The position numbers were made by a program, and so were the translations under genes. Under the pieces are notes generated by a model. It ran no database searches. It was not told where the DNA came from and saw nothing but the letters and a program-made list of their open reading frames with translations. From Eledone cirrhosa (taxonomy: Eukaryota): a stretch of 64,000 nucleotides of DNA. Positions 54,364 to 64,000 of the stretch are shown here, piece by piece; position 1 is the first letter of the stretch; each line of letters opens with the position of its first letter. Location: assembly GCA_964016885.1 (NCBI GenBank), contig OZ024740.1:33976001-34040000 (forward strand), read 5' to 3'.

Positions 54364-55203
54364 CCGTATATACTCAAATATAAGCCAACCCACTCTCTAT
54401 TTTATGTCTGTTAAATAGGCGAAAATCCAAACCCTGTTTATAAACCTTGGCAGGTAATCAACACATTGTTTAGGTAGCATATATAATGCCAACCTTCCAT
54501 TTTACCATTAATTATTTTATTTGGTCACATATTCCTCGGTTTATATACAGTACATTGAGCATTGCCACTTTCTACATTTTTTTTTTTATAAAATGGATAA
54601 AATGGTAAAAAAGCATTACGTAATGGAATTGTGAACCAAAAATTATACTTTAAATAAAACTTAAAACATTTTAAAAATCAAAATATTACTCCATAAATAT
54701 ATTTTATACTCATGAGGATTTCAAAACCGGGCCATAATGTGTTGATTTGCTGCCTTGGTTTATAAACAGTTTTGGATTTTTTTCCATTTCTCCGACATAA
54801 AATGTGGGTGGGTTTGGCTTATATTCAGATCAGCTTCTATTTGAGTATATACCCCAGCTCACTACCCTTACTCCATCCTCCCACTGACACCAACACCACC
54901 TTTCTCTGTAAAGTTGTGTTGGTACAACAACATCCAGTCCAAACTAATGAGGTCGTGTAGGTGTCACGACAAAAAAACACACAGTCCACGCTGTAATGTG
55001 GCAGTGTAGGTAACACAGTAAAAAGCTCCCAGTCCCCACTGTAAATGTGGTTGGTGTTAGGAAGGGCATCCAGCCGTAGAAAATCTGCAGATAGTCCTAT
55101 ACGAACGAAACACGGTCACCCGACCAATCTTGCCTCAAGTGTGACAACTCCCGTCTAACCCATACTAGCGTGGAAGATAGACATTAAACGATGATGATGA
55201 CAG
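54364..55203 (+). mobile_element. TA-flanked MITE with an RTE-type tail (54853-55199) inserted in its right TIR
   Basis: TA-CCGTATATACTCAAATATAAGCC ... TTGAGTATATAC[insert]CAG-TA. Confidence 0.7.
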
Positions 55204-55347
55204 TAATTGTTTTTATGTAAATAAATATAGCAACTCCTATGTTTGAGATAGAGAAATATGTAGCTGAGTTTTAATTATTGGAAGTGAGTCATAACACTAC
55301 ATTTGTGTGCCTTTTTCTCATGTTTATATTGATTTTTGTTTAACTAG

Positions 55348-55484
55348 AACTGGGTCTGTCCACCATGTCGAGGTATTTGTAACTGCAGTTTCTGCCGAAG
55401 GAAGAAAGGGCGAGCATGTACTGGTAGAATGATACACCATGCTCGCGATATGGGCTTTTCAAATGTCAGTGATTATCTAAAAAG
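55348..55484 (+). CDS. CDCA7: CDCA7 zf-4CXXC_R1 exon ([45 protein letters not shown])
   Basis: TAG acceptor; [16 protein letters not shown] signature. Ends at an AG|GTAGGT donor, or reads through to TAG at 55486-55488. Confidence 0.95.
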
Positions 55485-55558
55485 GTAGGTGGTATATTGT
55501 TAAAAAAACATAAACATACTTCATGGTAACTATCAGTGTTAAATGCCAGCATGAATTA

Positions 55559-55750
55559 ACTCTATATATTTACTATTGTATTTTTGTGGTAAAGGCTTTA
55601 TCTCACATAATATAGAATCTACGAGATTTTGATGTTGTTTATATTGGGAACTATACCTTAAAGACAGTATGAGTGGCTGGTTATGGCCAGTTTGAACAGA
55701 AAGAGGTGAGAGAATTCTGGCCAGATACAGCCGGTTTAAATGCTAAAGGG
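55559..55750 (+). mobile_element. piggyBac MITE (left TIR degraded)
   Basis: Ends CCGGTTTAAATGCTAAAGGG-TTAA; homologous to 50897-51110. Confidence 0.8.
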
Positions 55751-56059
55751 TTAAAATGAAAATTAAACATTCAAATGTGAGGAGGGTAACATTTTGACAC
55801 TATTGGTGACACAATGGAAAAGTACCCAGTCTATGTTGTAAATGTAGTTGGAGTTATGAAGGCTATCCAGAAAACCAAATCAGAAACAGTTTTGTATGAG
55901 CAAGATGGTCACCTGATCTGACTTGTCTCATAACGGGACAACTCGTCTAACCCATGCTAGCATGGAAAATGGATGTTAAATGGTGATGATAATGATTTAA
56001 AAATATGCATTATTAAGAAAGTTATGATGATGAATGACACCTAACCTACATTAATGAGA

Positions 56060-56312
56060 TTGTGTAGGTGTCACGACAAAAAAAACACACAGTCCACGCT
56101 GTAATGTGGCCGTGTAGGCAACACGGTAAAAACCTCCCAGACCCACACTGTAAATGTGGTTGGTGTTAGGAAGGGCATCCAACTGTAGAAAACCTGCCAG
56201 ACAGTCCTATGCGAGCAAGACAATCACTCTTGCCTCAAGTGGGACTACCCCCGTCCAAACCCATGCAAGCGTGGAACACGGACGTTAAACGTTGATGATG
56301 ATGATGATGATG
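56060..56312 (+). mobile_element. RTE-A 3' tail fragment
   Basis: Reverse complement of 21970-22225. Confidence 0.88.
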
Positions 56313-56789
56313 AAGAAAGAAAATTGGAGTGGGACACTTCACTGTAGTTATGCCTACATATTGTTTTGATATTTTAAAATCAGTATTGACATTGTACAAC
56401 CTATGAGATATACTTAAATCTCCATCAAATCACAGCCTGTTCTCTTAAAAAATAAGGATATTTTGGATAGAGAAGGATAGGATGGTCATGATCGGAATGA
56501 TTTTGATCAAAGATCTGCTTGATCACTTTTAGCTTAGGGCTAAATAACAAAATAAATCTACAAATTTTAGAAAATGATGATGTCATGATAAATGCATTTA
56601 GTTATACTGACTCAGCAATTGAGGAAATAAAACTTGAACCAATCCTATGGCTATAAAATTTAATACTTTCAAAAGTATCATGTGCAGGACTGATATGTAA
56701 TTCTATCTGAAAGATGCTCAGTAGAAGAAGGCTTTTCTTACTGTCAATGAAATAGTTACCTCGTTAATTGTTTCAGAAAGTTGTTTAGC

Positions 56790-59700
56790 TGTAGGCCAGG
56801 TGTGATGGAGTTGTTATAGAACTTGTTTAACTCTAGGCCAGGTGTGATGGAGTTAAGTTATGATAGTTGTTGTTTAACCCTAGTCCAGGTGTGATGGAGT
56901 TAAGTTATGATAGTTGTTGTTTAACCCTAGGCCAGGTGTGATGGAGTAAAGTTATGATAGTTGTTGTTTAACCCTAGGCCAGGTGTGATGGAGTTAAGTT
57001 ATGATAGTTGTTGTTTAATCCTAGGCCAGGTGTGATGGAGTTAAGTTATGATAGTTGTTGTTTAACCCTAGGCCAGGTGTGATGGAGTTAAGTTATGATA
57101 GTTGTTGTTTAATCCTAGGCCAGGTGTGATGGAGTTAAGTTATGATAGTTGTTGTTTAACCCTAGGCCAGGTGTGATGGAGTTAAGTTATGATAGTTGTT
57201 GTTTAACCCTAGGCCAGGTGTGATGGAGTTAAGTTATGATAGTTGTTGTTTAACCCTAGGCCAGGTGTGATGGAGTTAAGTTATGATAGTTGTTGTTTAA
57301 CCCTAGGCCAGGTGTGATGGAGTTAAGTTATGATAGTTGTTGTTTAACCCTAGGCCAGGTGTGATGGAGTAAAGTTATGATAGTTGTTGTTTAACCCTAG
57401 GCCAGGTGTGATGGAGTTAAGTTATGATAGTTGTTGTTTAATCCTAGGCCAGGTGTGATGGAGTTAAGTTATGATAGTTGTTGTTTAACCCTAGGCCAAG
57501 TGTGATGGAGTTAAGTTATGATAGTTGTTGTTGTTTAACCCTAGGCCAGGTGTGATGTAGTTAAGTTATGATAGTTGTTGTTGTTTAACCCTAGGCCAGG
57601 TGTGATGGAGTTAAGTTATGATAGTTGTTTAACCCTAGGCTAGGTGTGATGGAGTTAAGTTATGATAGTTGTTGTTTAACTCTAGGCTAGGTGTGATGTA
57701 GTTAAGTTATGCTAGTTGTTGTTTAACCCTAGGCCAGGTATGATGGAGTTAAGTTATGATAGTTGTTGTTTAACCCTAGGCTCGGTGTGATGGAGTTAAG
57801 ATATGATAGTTGTTGTTCCTTAACCCTAGGCCAAGTGTGATGGAGTTAAGTTATGATAGTTGTTGTTTAATCCTAGGCCAGGTGTGATGGAGTTAAGTTA
57901 TGATAGTTGTTGTTCCTTAACCCTAGGCCAAGTGTGATGGAGTTAAGTTATGATAGTTGTTGTTCCTTAACCCTAGGCCAGGTGTGATGGAGTTAAGTTA
58001 TGATAGTTGTTGTTTAATCCTAGGCCAGGTGTGATGGAGTTAAGTTATGATAGTTGTTGTTTAACTCTAGGCCAGGTGTGATGGAGTTAAGTTATGATAG
58101 TTGTTGTTGTTTAACACTAGGCCAGGTGTGATGTAGTTAAGTTATGATAGTTGTTGTTGTTTAACCCTAGGCCAGGTGTGATGTAGTTAAGTTATGATAG
58201 TTGTTGTTGTTTAACCCTAGGCCAGGTGTGATGTAGTTAAGTTATGATAGTTGTTGTTTAACCCTAGACCAGGTGTGATGGAGTTAAGTTATGATAGTTG
58301 TTGTTTAACTCTAGGCCAGGTGTGATGGAGTTAAGTTATGATAGTTGTTGTTTAACTCTAGGCCAGGTGTGATGGAATTAAATTATGACAGTTGTTGTTT
58401 TAGCCTAGGCAACGTGTGATGGAGTTAAGTTATGATAGTTGTTGTTGTTTAACCCTAGGCCAGGTGTGATGTAGTTAAGTTATGATAGTTGTTGTTTAAC
58501 TCTAGGCCAGGTGCGATGGAGTTAAGTTATGATAGTTGTTGTTCCTTAACCCTAGGCCAGGTGTGATGGAGTTAAGTTATGATAGTTGTTTAATCCTAGG
58601 CCAGGTGTGATGTAGTTAAGTTATGATAGTTGTTGTTGTTTAACCCTAGGCCAGGTGTGATGGAGTTAAGTTATGATAGTTGTTGTTTAACTCTAGGCCA
58701 GGTGTGATGGAGTTAAGTTATGATAGTTGTTGTTGTTTAACCCTAGGCCAGGTGTGATGGAGTTGTTATAGAACTTGTTTAACTCTAGGCCAGGTGTGAT
58801 GGAGTTAAGTTATGATAGTTGTTGTTTAACCCTAGTCCAGGTGTGATGGAGTTAAGTTATGATAGTTGTTGTTTAACCCTAGGCCAGGTGTGATGGAGTA
58901 AAGTTATGATAGTTGTTGTTTAACCCTAGGCCAGGTGTGATGGAGTTAAGTTATGATAGTTGTTGTTTAATCCTAGGCCAGGTGTGATGGAGTTAAGTTA
59001 TGATAGTTGTTGTTTAACCCTAGGCCAGGTGTGATGGAGTTAAGTTATGATAGTTGTTGTTTAATCCTAGGCCAGGTGTGATGGAGTTAAGTTATGATAG
59101 TTGTTGTTTAACCCTAGGCCAGGTGTGATGGAGTTAAGTTATGATAGTTGTTGTTTAACCCTAGGCCAGGTGTGATGGAGTTAAGTTATGATAGTTGTTG
59201 TTTAACCCTAGGCCAGGTGTGATGGAGTTAAGTTATGATAGTTGTTGTTTAACCCTAGGTCAGGTGTGATGGAGTTAAGTTATGATAGTTGTTGTTTAAC
59301 CCTAGGCCAGGTGTGATGGAGTAAAGTTATGATAGTTGTTGTTTAACCCTAGGCCAGGTGTGATGGAGTTAAGTTATGATAGTTGTTGTTTAATCCTAGG
59401 CCAGGTGTGATGGAGTTAAGTTATGATAGTTGTTGTTTAACCCTAGGCCAAGTGTGATGGAGTTAAGTTATGATAGTTGTTGTTGTTTAACCCTAGGCCA
59501 GGTGTGATGTAGTTAAGTTATGATAGTTGTTGTTGTTTAACCCTAGGCCAGGTGTGATGGAGTTAAGTTATGATAGTTGTTTAACCCTAGGCTAGGTGTG
59601 ATGGAGTTAAGTTATGATAGTTGTTGTTTAACTCTAGGCTAGGTGTGATGTAGTTAAGTTATGCTAGTTGTTGTTTAACCCTAGGCCAGGTATGATGGAG

Positions 59701-62700
59701 TTAAGTTATGATAGTTGTTGTTTAACCCTAGGCCCGGTGTGATGGAGTTAAGATATGATAGTTGTTGTTCCTTAACCCTAGGCCAAGTGTGATGGAGTTA
59801 AGTTATGATAGTTGTTGTTTAATCCTAGGCCAGGTGTGATGGAGTTAAGTTATGATAGTTGTTGTTCCTTAACCCTAGGCCAAGTGTGATGGAGTTAAGT
59901 TATGATAGTTGTTGTTCCTTAACCCTAGGCCAGGTGTGATGGAGTTAAGTTATGATAGTTGTTGTTTAATCCTAGGCCAGGTGTGATGGAGTTAAGTTAT
60001 GATAGTTGTTGTTTAACTCTAGGCCAGGTGTGATGGAGTTAAGTTATGATAGTTGTTGTTGTTTAACACTAGGCCAGGTGTGATGTAGTTAAGTTATGAT
60101 AGTTGTTGTTGTTTAACCCTAGGCCAGGTGTGATGTAGTTAAGTTATGATAGTTGTTGTTGTTTAACCCTAGGCCAGGTGTGATGTAGTTAAGTTATGAT
60201 AGTTGTTGTTTAACCCTAGGCCAGGTGTGATGGAGTTAAGTTATGATAGTTGTTGTTTAACTCTAGGCCAGGTGTGATGGAGTTAAGTTATGATAGTTGT
60301 TGTTTAACTCTAGGCCAGGTGTGATGGAATTAAATTATGACAGTTGTTGTTTTAGCCTAGGCAACGTGTGATGGAGTTAAGTTATGATAGTTGTTGTTGT
60401 TTAACCCTAGGCCAGGTGTGATGTAGTTAAGTTATGATAGTTGTTGTTTAACTCTAGGCCAGGTGCGATGGAGTTAAGTTATGATAGTTGTTGTTCCTTA
60501 ACCCTAGGCCAGGTGTGATGGAGTTAAGTTATGATAGTTGTTTAATCCTAGGCCAGGTGTGATGTAGTTAAGTTATGATAGTTGTTGTTGTTTAACCCTA
60601 GGCCAGGTGTGATGGAGTTAAGTTATGATAGTTGTTGTTTAACTCTAGGCCAGGTGTGATGGAGTTAAGTTATGATAGTTGTTGTTGTTTAACCCTAGGC
60701 CAGGTGTGATGGAGTTAAGTTATGATAGTTGTTGTTTAACTCTAGGCCAGGTGTGATGGAGTTAAGTTATGATAGTTGTTGTTGTTTAACCCTAGGCCAG
60801 GTGTGATGGAGTTAAGTTATGATAGTTGTTGTTTAACCCTAGGCCAGGTGTGATGGAGTTAAGTTATGATAGTTGTTGTTTAACCCTAGGCCAGGTGTGA
60901 TGGAATTAAATTATGACAGTTGTTGTTTTAGCCTAGGCCAGGTGTGATGGAGTTAAGTTATGATAGTTGTTGTTTAACCCTAGGCCAGGTGTGATGTAGT
61001 TAAGTTATGATAGTTGTTGTTTAACCCTAGGCCAGGTGTGATGGAATTAAGTTATGATAGTTGTTGTTTAACCCTAGGCCAGGTGTGATGGAGTTAAGTT
61101 ATGATAGTTGTTGTTTAATCCTAGGCCAGGTGTGATGGAGTTAAGTTATGATAGTTGTTGTTTAATCCTAGGCCAGGTGTGATGTAGTTAAGTTATGATA
61201 GTTGTTGTTTAACTCTATGCCAGGTGTGATGGAGTTAAGTTATGATAGTTGTTGTTCCTTAACCCTAGGCCAGGTGTGATGGAGTTAAGTTATGATAGTT
61301 GTTGTTTAATCCTAGGCCAGGTGTGATGTAGTTAAGTTATGATAGTTGTTGTTGTTTAACCCTAGGCCAGGTGTGATGTAGTTAAGTTATGATAGTTGTT
61401 GTTTAACTCTAGGCCAGGTGTGATGGAGTTAAGTTATGATAGTTGTTGTTTAACCCTAGGCCAGGTGTGATGTAGTTAAGTTATGATAGTTGTTGTTTAA
61501 CTCTAGGCCAGGTGTGATGGAGTTAAGTTATGATAGTTGTTGTTTAACTCTAGGCCAGGTGTGATGGAGTTAAGTTAGGATAGTTGTTGTTTAACCCTAG
61601 GCCAGGAGTGATGGAGTTAAGTTATGATAGTTGTTGTTCCTTAACCCTAGGCCAAGTGTGATGGAGTTAAGTTATGATAGTTGTTGTTCCTTAACCCTAG
61701 GCCAGGTGTGATGGAGTTAAGTTATGATAGTTGTTGTTTAATCCTAGGCCAGGTGTGATGGAGTTAAGTTATGATAGTTGTTGTTTAACTCTAGGCCAGG
61801 TGTGATGGAGTTAAGTTATGATAGCTGTTGTTTAACTCTAGGCCAGGTGTGATGGAGTTAAGTTGTGATAGTTGTTGTTGTTTAACACTAGGCCAGGTGT
61901 GATGTAGTTAAGTTATGATAGTTGTTGTTGTTTAACCCTAGGCCAGGTGTGATGTAGTTAAGTTATGATAGTTGTTGTTGTTTAACCCTAGGCCAGGTGT
62001 GATGTAGTTAAGTTATGATAGTTGTTGTTTAACTCTAGGCCAGGTGTGATGGAGTTAAGTTATGATAGTTGTTGTTTAACCCTAGGCCAGGTGTGATGGA
62101 GTTAAGTTATGATAGTTGTTGTTTAACTCTAGGCCAGGTGTGATGGAGTTAAGTTATGATAGTTGTTGTTTAACCCTAGGCCAGGTGTGATGGAGTTAAG
62201 TTGTGATAGTTGTTGTTGTTTAACACTAGGCCAGGTGTGATGTAGTTAAGTTATGATAGTTGTTGTTGTTTAACCCTAGGCCAGGTGTGATGTAGTTAAG
62301 TTATGATAGTTGTTGTTGTTTAACCCTAGGCCAGGTGTGATGTAGTTAAGTTATGATAGTTGTTGTTTAACTCTAGGCCAGGTGTGATGGAGTTAAGTTA
62401 TGATAGTTGTTGTTTAACCCTAGGCCAGGTGTGATGGAGTTAAGTTATGATAGTTGTTGTTTAACTCTAGGCCAGGTGTGATGGAGTTAAGTTATGATAG
62501 TTGTTGTTTAACCCTAGGCCAGGTGTGATGGAATTAAATTATGACAGTTGTTGTTTTAGCCTAGGCAACGTGTGATGGAGTTAAGTTATGATAGTTGTTG
62601 TTGTTTAACCCTAGGCCAGGTGTGATGTAGTTAAGTTATGATAGTTGTTGTTTAACTCTAGGCCAGGTGTGATGGAGTTAAGTTATGATAGTTGTTGTTC

Positions 62701-64000
62701 CTTAACCCTAGGCCAGGTGTGATGGAGTTAAGTTATGATAGTTGTTTAATCCTAGGCCAGGTGTGATGTAGTTAAGTTATGATAGTTGTTGTTGTTTAAC
62801 CCTAGGCCAGGTGTGATGTAGTTAAGTTATGATAGTTGTTGTTTAACCCTAGGCCAGGTGTGATGGAGTTAAGTTATGATAGTTGTTGTTTAACTCTAGG
62901 CCAGGTGTGATGGAGTTAAGTTATGATAGTTGTTGTTGTTTAACCCTAGGCCAGGTGTGATGGAGTTAAGTTATGATAGTTGTTGTTTAACCCTAGGCCA
63001 GGTGTGATGGAGTTAAGTTATGATAGTTGTTGTTGTTTAACCCTAGGCCAGGTGTGATGTAGTTAAGTTATGATAGTTGTTGTTTAACTCTAGGCCAGGT
63101 GTGATGGAGTTAAGTTATGATAGTTGTTGTTTAACCCTAGGCCAGGTGTGATGGAATTAAATTATGACAGTTGTTGTTTTAGCCTAGGCAACGTGTGATG
63201 GAGTTAAGTTATGATAGTTGTTGTTGTTTAACCCTAGGCCAGGTGTGATGTAGTTAAGTTATGATAGTTGTTGTTTAACTCTATACCAGGTGTGATGGAG
63301 TTAAGTTATGATAGTTGTTGTTCCTTAACCCTAGGCCAGGTGTGATGGAGTTAAGTTATGATAGTTGTTGTTTAATCCTAGGCCAGGTTGATGTAGTTAA
63401 GTTATGATAGTTGTTGTCGTTTAATCCTAGGCCAGGTGTGATGTAGTTAAGTTATGATAGTTGTTGTTGTTTAACCCTAGGCCAGGTGTGATGTAGTTAA
63501 GTTATGATAGTTGTTGTTTAACTCTAGGCCAGGTGTGATGGAGTTAAGTTATGATAGTTGTTGTTTAACCCTAGGCCAGGTGTGATGTAGTTAAGTTATG
63601 ATAGTTGTTGTTTAACTCTAGGCCAGGTGTGATGGAGTTAAGTTATGATAGTTGTTGTTTAACTCTAGGCCAGGTGTGATGGAGTTAAGTTAGGATAGTT
63701 GTTGTTTAACCCTAGGCCAGGAGTGATGGAGTTAAGTTATGATAGTTGTTGTTCCTTAACCCTAGGCCAAGTGTGATGGAGTTAAGTTATGATAGTTGTT
63801 GTTCCTTAACCCTAGGCCAGGTGTGATGGAGTTAAGTTATGATAGTTGTTGTTTAATCCTAGGCCAGGTGTGATGGAGTTAAGTTATGATAGTTGTTGTT
63901 TAACTCTAGGCCAGGTGTGATGGAGTTAAGTTATGATAGCTGTTGTTTAACTCTAGGCCAGGTGTGATGGAGTTAAGTTGTGATAGTTGTTGTTGTTTAA
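56790..64000. repeat. 47-bp satellite array (CCCTAGGCCAGGTGTGATGGAGTTAAGTTATGATAGTTGTTGTTTAA), runs off the window
   Basis: About 150 tandem units; length variants arise from the (GTT)n count and a GTTCCTT variant. Confidence 0.98.

Noticed and set aside
56790-64000. CRISPR array or telomeric array
   Set aside because: Units are contiguous with no unique spacers and no cas genes, in a eukaryotic context. TAACCCTAG only resembles one CCCTAA unit, with no tandem telomere repeats.

Overview
AT-rich, repeat-dense animal genomic DNA. The (TA)n/(CAT)n microsatellites, RTE LINEs and tRNA-derived SINEs suggest a coleoid cephalopod such as Octopus (inference). One host gene is present on the + strand: a CDCA7 orthologue with a zf-4CXXC_R1 zinc finger. 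Eight coding exons (9055-55484) can be rebuilt from canonical AG/GT sites, all joined in phase 0; the start exon was not found. The introns and flanks carry: three RTE LINE subfamilies whose single ORF has a PHD-type C4HC3 finger just after the RT core, one copy with an uninterrupted ORF; two SINE families; a Penelope-like element plus several Penelope-type hammerhead ribozyme motifs; a piggyBac nested in its own MITE; mariner, CR1, hAT and pogo-like remnants; and a >7 kb 47-bp satellite with higher-order duplications. The most unusual signals are (i) foldback palindromes centred on hammerhead stem II, one at the axis of a 7.7 kb mirror-symmetric structure; (ii) modular exchange of 3' segments between LINEs and SINEs; (iii) apparent (TA)n targeting by PHD-bearing RTEs; and (iv) repeated short templated inversions at rearrangement junctions.
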